A stretch of DNA of 64,000 bases from Candidatus Kaiserbacteria bacterium (lineage in GTDB: Bacteria; Patescibacteriota; Minisyncoccia; Phycocordibacterales; JABMNX01): NCBI GenBank assembly GCA_016186705.1, contig JACPLB010000003.1, positions 18,508 through 82,507 on the forward strand. The letters run 5' to 3'. Within the stretch, counting starts at the first letter, position 1; the number at the start of each line of letters is the position of its first letter. A program made the translations under genes and the position numbers. Shown here in pieces: positions 55,651 through 64,000 of this stretch. Under the pieces are notes generated by a model. The model was given only the letters and a program-made list of their open reading frames with translations, searched no databases and was not told the DNA's origin.

Positions 55651-57795
55651 ATGAAACGGGAATATCCACTTGAAAAAGTACGGAACTTTGGAATCATCGC
55701 GCACATTGATGCGGGGAAAACAACCACATCCGAGCGGGTGCTTTTTTATACCGGCATGAGCCATAAAATCGGCGAGGTACATGAGGGAGAAACCATTACC
55801 GACTGGATGGAGCAGGAGCGTGAGCGCGGCATTACGATTACCGCGGCGGCAGTATCGTGCTTCTGGACCAAGACGACCGACGACCCGACCGACCAAAACA
55901 AAAAACATCGCTTTAACATTATTGACACGCCGGGACACATCGACTTTACCGTTGAGGTGAAGCGTTCCATGCGCGTCCTCGACGGGGCGATTGTCGTTTT
56001 TGACGGCGTCTCCGGCGTTGAGCCCCAATCGGAAACCAACTGGCGTTACGCGGAAGAAGCGAAAGTTCCCCGCATCTGCTTTATCAATAAACTCGACCGC
56101 ACCGGCGCGAGTTTTGAACGTTCATACGCAAGCATTCTTGACCGGCTCTCGCCAAAAGCGGTGCGCATGCAGATACCTATCGGCGAAGAAGGAGAACATG
56201 TAGGAATTGTCGACCTGCTTTCCATGAGGGGGTATCACTTTGAAGGAAAAAATGGAGAAAAAGTTCTCGCCGTTGATGTTCCGGAGTATCTGAAAACGGA
56301 CGCGGAGAAGTATCGAGGAGAACTCATAGAAAAAATTGTCGAGCATGATGACGCGCTCATGCACCAGTACCTTGAAGGGAAAGAGATTCCTCTTGAGGAA
56401 CTCAAGAAGACCCTCCGAAAGGCAGTCATTGCAAACTCCATATTCCCCGTCTACGCAGGGTCCGCCCTCAAGAACAAAGGCGTCCAGCTTATACTTGACG
56501 CGGTTGTCGACTACCTCCCTTCTCCTGTTGACTTGCCTCCTGTCAAAGGGATTGACCCGAAAACGGGAGAAGAAATCGAGCGAAAGCCGTCGGACGATGA
56601 GCCGTTCTCGGCGCTTGCGTTCAAGCTTCAGACCGACCCGTTCGTCGGGCAGCTCGCCTTTTTCCGCGTGTACTCCGGTATTGTGGAAGCCGGTTCCTAT
56701 ATTTACAATTCAACAACGAGAGAGAAAGAGCGTCTCGGTCGCATCGTTCGTCTTCAGGCGGATAAACGTGAAGAAGTGAAAGCGGTCTTTACCGGAGAAA
56801 TCGCGGCGGCAGTTGGACTTAAAGACACAAGAACATCCCACACGCTCTGTGACATTGACCACCCCATCATTCTTGAAGCGATTGTATTTCCGGAGCCGGT
56901 CGTATCACTCCGCATTGAACCGAAGACAAAAGCCGACCAGGAGAAAATGGGCATGGCGCTCAAGAAACTTTCAGACGAAGACCCGACGTTCCGCGTGAGT
57001 TCCAACCAAGAGACCTTTGAAACGGTCATCTCCGGCATGGGGGAACTTCACCTTGAAATTATCGTTGACCGCATGAAGCGCGAATTCGGCGTTCTTGCGG
57101 ACGTCGGCAAGCCGCAGGTCGCGTACAAAGAAACTATTCAAGGTCATGCCGAAGCGGAACACAAATACATCAAACAGTCGGGGGGTCGCGGGCAGTACGG
57201 TCACGTAAAAATTTTAATTAAACCGCTTGAGCCACTCGTTCCGGGCGCGAAAATTCCAAAGAATGTGAAGCGAAGCGAGCACTTTGAATTCGTGAACAAC
57301 ATCAAGGGAGGAGTCATTCCGAACGAATTTATTCCCGCGGTTGAAAAAGGCATTAAAGAAGCGATGGAGCGGGGAATTCTCGCCGGTTACAAGGCGGTTG
57401 ACATTTCCGTTTCTCTTTTTGACGGTTCGTACCACGACGTTGACTCATCCGAAATTGCCTTTAAAATCGCGGGCTCCCAAGCGTTTCAGGATGCGGCGAA
57501 GCGCGCGAAACCAGTACTGCTCGAGCCGATTATGAAAGTGGAAGTAGTTACGCCGGAAAAATTCATGGGCGACGTAAACGGACACCTCAATTCCAAGCGC
57601 GGACACGTCGAGAGTATAGAAGACCGCGCCGGCAACAAAGCGATTCTCGCGAAGGTGCCGCTCTCTGAAATGTTCGGATACACGACGACCTTGCGCTCAA
57701 TGACGGAAGGACGCGCAAGTTCAACTATGGAATTCGACCACTACGCGGTCGTGCCGTCAAACGTTGCCAAAGAGATTATTGAAGCTCGCTCGTAG
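55651..57795 (+). CDS. fusA: elongation factor G
   Basis: [30 protein letters not shown]; start at ATG 55651. Confidence 0.98.
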   Translation: MKREYPLEKVRNFGIIAHIDAGKTTTSERVLFYTGMSHKIGEVHEGETITDWMEQERERGITITAAAVSCFWTKTTDDPTDQNKKHRFNIIDTPGHIDFTVEVKRSMRVLDGAIVVFDGVSGVEPQSETNWRYAEEAKVPRICFINKLDRTGASFERSYASILDRLSPKAVRMQIPIGEEGEHVGIVDLLSMRGYHFEGKNGEKVLAVDVPEYLKTDAEKYRGELIEKIVEHDDALMHQYLEGKEIPLEELKKTLRKAVIANSIFPVYAGSALKNKGVQLILDAVVDYLPSPVDLPPVKGIDPKTGEEIERKPSDDEPFSALAFKLQTDPFVGQLAFFRVYSGIVEAGSYIYNSTTREKERLGRIVRLQADKREEVKAVFTGEIAAAVGLKDTRTSHTLCDIDHPIILEAIVFPEPVVSLRIEPKTKADQEKMGMALKKLSDEDPTFRVSSNQETFETVISGMGELHLEIIVDRMKREFGVLADVGKPQVAYKETIQGHAEAEHKYIKQSGGRGQYGHVKILIKPLEPLVPGAKIPKNVKRSEHFEFVNNIKGGVIPNEFIPAVEKGIKEAMERGILAGYKAVDISVSLFDGSYHDVDSSEIAFKIAGSQAFQDAAKRAKPVLLEPIMKVEVVTPEKFMGDVNGHLNSKRGHVESIEDRAGNKAILAKVPLSEMFGYTTTLRSMTEGRASSTMEFDHYAVVPSNVAKEIIEARS

Positions 57796-57852
57796 CAAGA
57801 CTTCTTTTATTCTGTGGTAGAATATATAGAGACAAATAGCAGGAGCTAACTC

Positions 57853-58041
57853 ATGAAAAAGACATCGCCGCTTCCGCCTCTCTTCTTTGACGACTACTTT
57901 TCTCAACGCATCAGAAGGGGCGAGAAGCCGAAGTACGGTTACCCCGTGTCTCCACCTGTCGTGCTTCCAAAGAACACTCCTCCGATGGAGGTCAAGACCG
58001 GCTTCATGGCAGGCAGGCGCGCTCAAAAAAAGAGCTCGTAA
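57853..58041 (+). CDS. 62-aa Pro-rich basic orphan protein between fusA and tuf
   Basis: TGnTAGAAT extended -10, AGGAG RBS, GC-rich hairpin after the stop. Confidence 0.55.
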   Translation: MKKTSPLPPLFFDDYFSQRIRRGEKPKYGYPVSPPVVLPKNTPPMEVKTGFMAGRRAQKKSS

Positions 58042-58238
58042 ACTTGAATCGCCCCGTCCGCGCACGTTTTGCGCGGACGGGCTTGACTTTTAGAGGTCTT
58101 TTGCTAGCATAATCGTATCGCATGACGCGTGTTTTTTTATGCGGAAAGCTTCCGCACATTATGAGTCGTTAATTATTAGTTTTCGGACATACATCATTGT
58201 TCTCGCGCATGTAAGTCTCGAAGTTATAAAGAATTATT

Positions 58239-59435
58239 ATGGCAGAATTCGATCGTTCAAAGCCGCACGTAAACGTCGGTACCATCGGTCACGTTGACCA
58301 CGGAAAGACGACGCTTACCGCGGGCATCCTCCATGTTCTCAATATGGCGGGTAATGGGTATGGCGCAAACGTCAAAGGCGTTGACCAGATTGACAGCGCG
58401 CCGGAAGAAAAAGCACGAGGCATTACCATCGCGCTTTCTCACAACGAGTACTGGACTCCGTCGCGTCACTACGCGCACATTGACGCTCCCGGACACGCGG
58501 ATTACATCAAAAACATGATTACCGGCGCCGCGCAGATGGACGGCGCGGTCTTGGTTGTCGCGGCCTCTGACGGCGTGATGCCACAGACTCGCGAACACAT
58601 TCTCCTTGCGCGCCAGGTCGGCGTGCCAAAAATTATCGTGTTTCTCAATAAAGTCGACCAGGTTGACGACAAAGACCTCATCGACCTTGTTGAAGAAGAA
58701 ATACGAGAACTTCTCAATAAGTACGAATTTGACGGAACAAATGTGCCGATTATTCGAGGTTCAGGTCTCAAAGCACTTGAATCTAAGTCAGTGGACGACG
58801 AGTGGGCGAAGAAGATTATGGAGCTCGTGAAATCGCTTGACGAGTATATTCCAATTCCAAAACGCGAAACTGATAAGCCATTCCTGATGCCGATAGAAGA
58901 CATCTTCTCGATTGAAGGACGCGGAACAGTGGTCACCGGACGAATTGAACGCGGTATCGTCAAAGTCGGCGAAGACGTTGAAGTCGTCGGCATCAAAGAC
59001 ACCATTAAGACAACCGTGACCGGAGTTGAGATGTTCAACAAGCAACTCCAGGAGGGCCAGGCGGGAGACAATGCCGGAGTATTGCTTCGTGGAACGAAAA
59101 AAGAAGACGTTCACCGGGGACAAGTACTCGCAAAGCCGGGTTCCATCACTCCCCACACTGAATTTGACGCGGAGGTCTACATTCTCAATAAAGATGAAGG
59201 CGGACGCCACACACCGTTCTTCACCGGATACAAGCCGCAGTTCTATATGCGAACAACGGACGTGACCGGAGAAGTAACGCTCCCTCAAGGAACCGAAATG
59301 GTCATGCCGGGAGACACGATTACCTTTAAAGTAAAACTTGTGGGGCCAATCGCGCTCGAAGAGCAACAGCGGTTCGCCATTCGCGAGGGGGGTAAGACCG
59401 TCGGTGCCGGAGTGGTGACAAAGGTTGTTGCCTAA
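58239..59435 (+). CDS. tuf: elongation factor Tu
   Basis: [30 protein letters not shown]. Confidence 0.99.
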   Translation: MAEFDRSKPHVNVGTIGHVDHGKTTLTAGILHVLNMAGNGYGANVKGVDQIDSAPEEKARGITIALSHNEYWTPSRHYAHIDAPGHADYIKNMITGAAQMDGAVLVVAASDGVMPQTREHILLARQVGVPKIIVFLNKVDQVDDKDLIDLVEEEIRELLNKYEFDGTNVPIIRGSGLKALESKSVDDEWAKKIMELVKSLDEYIPIPKRETDKPFLMPIEDIFSIEGRGTVVTGRIERGIVKVGEDVEVVGIKDTIKTTVTGVEMFNKQLQEGQAGDNAGVLLRGTKKEDVHRGQVLAKPGSITPHTEFDAEVYILNKDEGGRHTPFFTGYKPQFYMRTTDVTGEVTLPQGTEMVMPGDTITFKVKLVGPIALEEQQRFAIREGGKTVGAGVVTKVVA

Positions 59436-59498
59436 CGCACCAATTTCTTTTTTCGGTGAAGCGATTTGGCATGCTACAATGCATGCACGGATAGAACA

Positions 59499-59927
59499 AT
59501 GACAACTAAAGAAACGTCAAAGAAAAAGACATCAAGGAAACCGGCTGTAAAGAAAACCGCAGCGCGGAAGAGGCATCCCGCAAAGGTCTCTAAGCTTGTT
59601 GTCAAAGAAAAAGAAGCGGGTATTGAGCGTCTGCGTATCCGAGTGCGCGCCTATGAGCATAAACTCCTCGACGTGTCCGTGAAGCAGATTATCGACACCG
59701 CCCTCCGGTATGACGCAGACATCGTAGGGCCCGTCCCGCTTCCGACGGAGAGGAAGCGCTACACGGTCAATCGCTCGACGTTCGTGTACAAAGACGCGCG
59801 AGAACAATTTGAAATGCGCGTGCACAAGCGGATGATTGATATTCTCAATCCAACGCAGAAAGTCATTGAATCGCTCACTAACCTCTCTCTTCCGTCAGGA
59901 GTCTCAATTGACGTGAAGATGATGTAG
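59499..59927 (+). CDS. rpsJ: 30S ribosomal protein S10 with Lys-rich N-terminal extension
   Basis: LRIRVRAYEH, GPVPLPT, REQFEMRVHKR; start at ATG 59499. Confidence 0.96.
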   Translation: MTTKETSKKKTSRKPAVKKTAARKRHPAKVSKLVVKEKEAGIERLRIRVRAYEHKLLDVSVKQIIDTALRYDADIVGPVPLPTERKRYTVNRSTFVYKDAREQFEMRVHKRMIDILNPTQKVIESLTNLSLPSGVSIDVKMM

Positions 59928-60237
59928 AAATGAAGGAGTCCCAAAGTATCGGGACGACTATCATTTCAAAATCCCGCCAACGGCGAGGATGTAATACATC
60001 AGGTTTTAGCCCGCCTTGCCGTCGGGCAGGCTTGGAGCTTTTAACTTTCAGTTACAGGACGCCGCCCGAGAGGGCGGCGTCGTATTTTCTCCTTGCATTT
60101 TTAATACTGCCCTGTATACTCTCTCTGTCCGCCCTGTGGGCGGAGCTATGTCCCCGATACCTCGCCTTGGGCAGATTGGGGACCGATGGCAGACATTCCG
60201 CACGTGGAATCTCTCCATTGCGGATTTTTTCATAATC
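59928..60237 (+). promoter_or_regulatory. rpsJ-rplC spacer: palindrome cluster, terminator-like hairpin, internal promoter, structured leader
   Basis: gacgccgccc-gaga-gggcggcgtc (60058-60081); TTGCAT(60093)-N16-TATACT(60115); hairpins tccgccc/gggcgga and tccccgat/attgggga. Confidence 0.6.
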
Positions 60238-60864
60238 ATGAAGAAATTTATCTTAGGCACAAAACAATACATGACGCAGATTTTTGACGACGCGGGTGCT
60301 GCGCACCCGGCGACGGTTCTCTCCGCGGGTCCCGTGACGATAACGCAACTGAAAAATGCCGAGCGAGACGGGTACAGCGCGGTGCAAGTCGGATATGAGG
60401 AGCAAAGCAAGAAAAACATGCCAAAGGCAAAACTCGGACATCTCAAGGACTTGAATCTCCTCCGGCATCTGCGCGAGTTCAGACTCTCACCCGACGGAAA
60501 AGAGACATACAAACGAGGTGACACAATCAATGTTTCCATATTTACCCCCGGAGACGTCGTTGAAGTCTCGGCAGTTTCAAAAGGGAAAGGATTCCAGGGG
60601 GTCGTAAAGCGACATGGCTTTCACGGCGGCCCGCGCACGCATGGGCAAAAACATTCCGAACGCGAGCCGGGTTCAATCGGAGGCGCCGGACGCGCAGGCG
60701 GCCGCGTGGCAAAAGGCATGCGTATGGCGGGACGCATGGGAGGAGACCGAGTAACGGTAAAGAATCTCAAAGTACTTCAAGTTGACACGGAACACAACCG
60801 AATTGTTCTTCGTGGAGCTGTTCCCGGACGCCGAGGGACTTTGGTTGAAATTCGGGTTAAATAA
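60238..60864 (+). CDS. rplC: 50S ribosomal protein L3
   Basis: ILGTKQYMTQ, DGYSAVQVG, SKGKGFQGVVKRH, MAGRMG; start at ATG 60238. Confidence 0.98.
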   Translation: MKKFILGTKQYMTQIFDDAGAAHPATVLSAGPVTITQLKNAERDGYSAVQVGYEEQSKKNMPKAKLGHLKDLNLLRHLREFRLSPDGKETYKRGDTINVSIFTPGDVVEVSAVSKGKGFQGVVKRHGFHGGPRTHGQKHSEREPGSIGGAGRAGGRVAKGMRMAGRMGGDRVTVKNLKVLQVDTEHNRIVLRGAVPGRRGTLVEIRVK

Positions 60865-60887
60865 CACAGACGCGACCGATGCTGTAT

Positions 60888-61667
60888 ATGAATAAAGAAA
60901 CTTCAAAACAAAAGACTTCAAAAAAGAAATCAACCGTTTCTGTCGAAGCGGAACTAAAGGCCGATATCTATAACCAGGAAGGGAAAGCGGTCGGAACCAT
61001 TCCGCTTCCCGGAAGTGTCTTTGCTGTGCCGTGGAATGCAGACTTGATGCACCAAGTTATTATCGGATTCCAAGCGAACAAGAGAACACCGGTTGCGCAC
61101 ACGAAAGACCGCGGCGAAGTGCGGGGAGGAGGACGAAAACCGTGGCGCCAGAAAGGAACGGGACGCGCGCGGCACGGATCTATCCGCTCGCCTTTGTGGC
61201 GCGGAGGAGGCGTTACCTTCGGTCCACGGAACGAAAAAGATTACGGGAAAAAGATAAACAGAAAAATGCGCGCGAAGGCGCTCTGCATCGCGCTTTCAAA
61301 AAAGTTGCGTGACAATGAACTTCTTTTTATAGATACGCTTACACTCGGGTCTCCGAAGACAAAGGACGCGAAACGCATCGCCGAAGCCCTCTCTGGTATT
61401 AAGGGCTTTGGCGCGCTCCTCTCAAAGAAACGCAATAGCGCACTCATTGCGATTCAAGAAAAAGATACTGCCATTGAGAAAAGTTTCAGCAACTTCGGGA
61501 ACATTCATATTGATGAAGTACGGAATCTGAATGCGCTTGATATACTCGGCTATAAGTATGTTATTATCACGAAGCCACACGAGGCGGTCGCGTTCCTTAC
61601 GGGGAAGCTTAACGCCTCCAAAATGAAGAAAATGCGGACGGAGAAGGAAGTTTCGGCGAAAAAATAA
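60888..61667 (+). CDS. rplD: 50S ribosomal protein L4 with basic terminal extensions
   Basis: RGEVRGGGRKPWRQKGTGRARHGS, GGGVTFGP; start 60888 or 60879. Confidence 0.97.
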   Translation: MNKETSKQKTSKKKSTVSVEAELKADIYNQEGKAVGTIPLPGSVFAVPWNADLMHQVIIGFQANKRTPVAHTKDRGEVRGGGRKPWRQKGTGRARHGSIRSPLWRGGGVTFGPRNEKDYGKKINRKMRAKALCIALSKKLRDNELLFIDTLTLGSPKTKDAKRIAEALSGIKGFGALLSKKRNSALIAIQEKDTAIEKSFSNFGNIHIDEVRNLNALDILGYKYVIITKPHEAVAFLTGKLNASKMKKMRTEKEVSAKK

Positions 61668-61685
61668 AGGGAGTATTTATAAAAA

Positions 61686-62108
61686 ATGGCATTATTTCGA
61701 TTAAAAAAAGACACCGAGAAAGAAAAGCCGAAACCGGAAAAGGTTTCTGTTTTGAAGAGAGAAGCAATTGAAAAAAAGTCGGTTGAAGTTGGCGATGCTC
61801 TTCGTGCACCGCTTGGATACGACAAAGATATTGCTTCAGTATTGCTTCATCCACGTGTGACGGAAAAGGCGACCGTAGAATCAGAACGGGGAGTTTACGT
61901 CTTTAATGTATCGCCCCGGGCGACCAAGAAAAACGTCAAGGAAGCAATCGAGTGGCTGTACAAAGTATCTCCGCGGAAAATCAATATCGTCAGCGTACCC
62001 TTAAAAAACGTGCGAGTGCGCGACGGAAGAAACCTTTTTGGCAAAAAGCGCGGCGGAAAGAAAGCGTACGTGTACGTAAAAAAAGGAGATAGTATCGATA
62101 TTGTATAA
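61686..62108 (+). CDS. rplW: 50S ribosomal protein L23 with N-terminal extension
   Basis: PRVTEKA, YVFNV, ATK, KKAYV. Confidence 0.95.
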   Translation: MALFRLKKDTEKEKPKPEKVSVLKREAIEKKSVEVGDALRAPLGYDKDIASVLLHPRVTEKATVESERGVYVFNVSPRATKKNVKEAIEWLYKVSPRKINIVSVPLKNVRVRDGRNLFGKKRGGKKAYVYVKKGDSIDIV

Positions 62109-62112
62109 ACCT

Positions 62113-62955
62113 ATGAAAGCATATAAGCCAACAACACCGGGCCGGCGCGGCATGACACAGGTAAGTCTCGTAAAGCTCACTGTCTCACGGCCGTTTAAGA
62201 AGCTGACGTCTGGAGGAAAGCGTGCGGTCGGAAGGAACAACGCTGGCAGAATTACCACGAGGCATAAAGGGGGCGGGCATAAGCGGCGATATCGCGACAT
62301 TGATTTTCTCTACGACAAGAAAGATATTCCGGCGCGGGTAGAGACCGTTGAATACGACCCGAATCGGTCCGGATTCATATCGCTTGTTCTCTATGCTGAC
62401 GGAGAGCGTCGGTATGCTCTGCTTCCGCGGTCAGTAAAGCCGGGAGACACGATGATTGTCTCTGACAATGCTCCGCTTGAACCGGGTAATCGTCTCCGCA
62501 TCAAGAATGTCCCCGTCGGCACGTTTGTCTATAACATAGAAATTAAACCGGATGGCGGGGCAAAGCTCGTGCGCTCCGCGGGGAATTACGCCGAAGTCAT
62601 CGGAAACGACGCTGGGTACACATTGCTCAAAATGCCTTCAAGCGAAATCAGAAAAGTACTCGAGCAGTCATGGGCGTCAATAGGCGAAGTGTCAAACGAG
62701 GAGCATAAACTTACAAATATCGGAAAAGCAGGACGCGCTCGCTGGCTCGGTCGGCGGCCGACGGTTCGAGGTTCCGCAATGAACCCGGTTGACCATCCGC
62801 ATGGAGGCGGCGAAGGCAGGAGCGGCCGCGGACATCGGCGTGCTCGCAGCAAGTGGGGGAAGCCGACCGGCAAAGGTCAAAAAACAAGAAGGCCGAAAAA
62901 ATATTCAAACACGCTCATCGTGACTCGGCGGAAAGTCGGCAAAAAACGCGAGTAG
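62113..62955 (+). CDS. rplB: 50S ribosomal protein L2
   Basis: GRNNAGRIT, EYDPNRS, RGSAMNPVDHPHGGGEG. Confidence 0.98.
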   Translation: MKAYKPTTPGRRGMTQVSLVKLTVSRPFKKLTSGGKRAVGRNNAGRITTRHKGGGHKRRYRDIDFLYDKKDIPARVETVEYDPNRSGFISLVLYADGERRYALLPRSVKPGDTMIVSDNAPLEPGNRLRIKNVPVGTFVYNIEIKPDGGAKLVRSAGNYAEVIGNDAGYTLLKMPSSEIRKVLEQSWASIGEVSNEEHKLTNIGKAGRARWLGRRPTVRGSAMNPVDHPHGGGEGRSGRGHRRARSKWGKPTGKGQKTRRPKKYSNTLIVTRRKVGKKRE

Positions 62956-62989
62956 CGCGTTTCACCGCAAGCTCGCCGTTAAAGTTTGT

Positions 62990-63018
62990 TTGACAATGAC
63001 TCTTATGTTGGCTACCAT
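62990..63018 (+). promoter_or_regulatory. internal promoter upstream of rpsS
   Basis: TTGACA-N17-TACCAT. Confidence 0.6.
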
Positions 63019-63103
63019 GAAGGCCAAGCTCGGAACGAGCTTATTTTAATGAGGTACAGAGCTCGCCTCAAGCGGGCAACAATCCTCCAATCAATCTCTC
63101 ACA

Positions 63104-63445
63104 ATGGCGCGATCCGTTAAAAAAGGTCCATACGTTGACCCTCGGCTTCAAGAGAAAATCGAGGGACAAAAACCCGGGAAAAGCGGGGTCATTAAGACGT
63201 GGGCGCGGCGCAGTCAGATATCGCCGGAGATGGTCGGCTTCACGTTCGGGGTGCACAACGGCAAAGAACACATTGATGTGTTTATAACGGACGAAATGGT
63301 CGGACATCGGCTTGGTGAATTCTCTCCGACAAAAAAATTCCATCGGCACGGCGGTCGCATGCAGAAAGAGTTGGAACAGCAGAAAAAGGAAGCGGAGGTT
63401 GCAGCCGCGAAAGCCGCGAAGGAATCAACGGCTGACGCGAAATAA
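63104..63445 (+). CDS. rpsS: 30S ribosomal protein S19 with C-terminal extension
   Basis: [27 protein letters not shown]. Confidence 0.98.
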   Translation: MARSVKKGPYVDPRLQEKIEGQKPGKSGVIKTWARRSQISPEMVGFTFGVHNGKEHIDVFITDEMVGHRLGEFSPTKKFHRHGGRMQKELEQQKKEAEVAAAKAAKESTADAK

Positions 63446-63450
63446 TATCT

Positions 63451-63849
63451 ATGAAAGCGTTACTTAAAAACTACCGGCAATCTCCGCGCAAAGTCCGTCT
63501 CATTGCAAACGTCATCCGCGGGAAAAGCATTCCAAAGGCGCTCACGTCGCTCTCGTTTCTTGAGAAAAAAGCGGCCGCTCCGATACGAAAACTTATTGAA
63601 TCCGCTCTCTCAAATGCCAAGCGGGAAGGACTGAAGAAAGATGAACTGAAAATCTCAGACATTCAAGTAAACCAGGGATTTTCATTTATGAGATATCGTC
63701 CACGCGCGAGAGGCCAGGCGTCGCCGATTCGAAAAAGAACAAGCCACATTTCGCTTACCTTAGGAAAAGCGACAGCGCCACGGATTTTGAAAACGAAACG
63801 AGGAAGAAAAGCGAAACGCACAAAAGAGACAACAATAACTCACGCCTAA
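63451..63849 (+). CDS. rplV: 50S ribosomal protein L22 with basic C-terminal extension
   Basis: SPRKVRLIA, RPRARG, KRTSHI. Confidence 0.97.
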   Translation: MKALLKNYRQSPRKVRLIANVIRGKSIPKALTSLSFLEKKAAAPIRKLIESALSNAKREGLKKDELKISDIQVNQGFSFMRYRPRARGQASPIRKRTSHISLTLGKATAPRILKTKRGRKAKRTKETTITHA

Positions 63850-63875
63850 TCTTCATTCATTTTATTTATACGACC

Positions 63876-64000
63876 ATGACACACACAGTACATCCATATG
63901 CACACCGGCTCGGTATTCTTCGCGACTGGAAGTCACGCTGGTTCTCCACGAACCCGCGCACGTACCGGGAGGGAATTAAAATCGATACGAGCATTCGCGA
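63876..64000 (+). CDS. rpsC: 30S ribosomal protein S3, 5' part (runs off the window edge)
   Basis: Manual translation MTHTVHPYAHRLGILRDWKSRWF; canonical position after rplV. Confidence 0.95.
   Translation, partial: MTHTVHPYAHRLGILRDWKSRWFSTNPRTYREGIKIDTSIR

Noticed and set aside
1990-60057. CRISPR array interpretation of the heptamer tracts and palindromes
   Set aside because: No 23-50 bp repeats separated by unique spacers, and no cas genes.
1-64000. Alternative genetic code with TGA read as Gly
   Set aside because: Conserved genes are full length under the standard code, and TGA ends cca and comEC at plausible positions.

Overview
A 64-kb stretch of a bacterial chromosome using the standard code. 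Gene content suggests a Patescibacteria/CPR genome, probably Parcubacteria (inference): reduced housekeeping set, split ComEC, trigger factor without its PPIase domain, two TrmB paralogues, a type IV pilus cluster, and ribosomal proteins with terminal extensions. Core content: pcrA/uvrD (partial), LysM-M23 peptidase, comM, pnp, rpsO, a Xer-family recombinase, xth, cca, five tRNAs, yraN, mscS, hup, rny, clpP, tig, ppa, nusA, pilB-pilC plus three pilin-like genes, tpiA-pgk, recJ-rnhA-comEC, a CsoR-controlled copper cluster, SOD, rpmB, and the str/S10 cluster up to a partial rpsC. Structure these genes do not explain: (1) a TrmB plus orphan mini-island bracketed by a 29-bp duplication of the comM 3' end; (2) two TrmB modules with matching 19-bp ACG-N7-CGT palindromes; (3) five parS-like sites, four overlapping the yraN CDS, together with DnaA-like boxes and a recurrent TAAAGGACA motif; (4) a structured element behind tRNA-Pro that ends in a second copy of the tRNA 3' end interrupted by a small palindrome, with related palindromes apparently inserted in frame in recJ and tig; (5) an AT-rich array of small genes, including a bacteriocin-like pair and a DUF262-HNH nuclease, separated by a recurring degenerate 18-bp site; (6) many apparently leaderless core genes contrasting with Shine-Dalgarno-led orphan genes, two of them inside the str operon. 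All calls come from motif recognition by eye; no database search or folding program was run.
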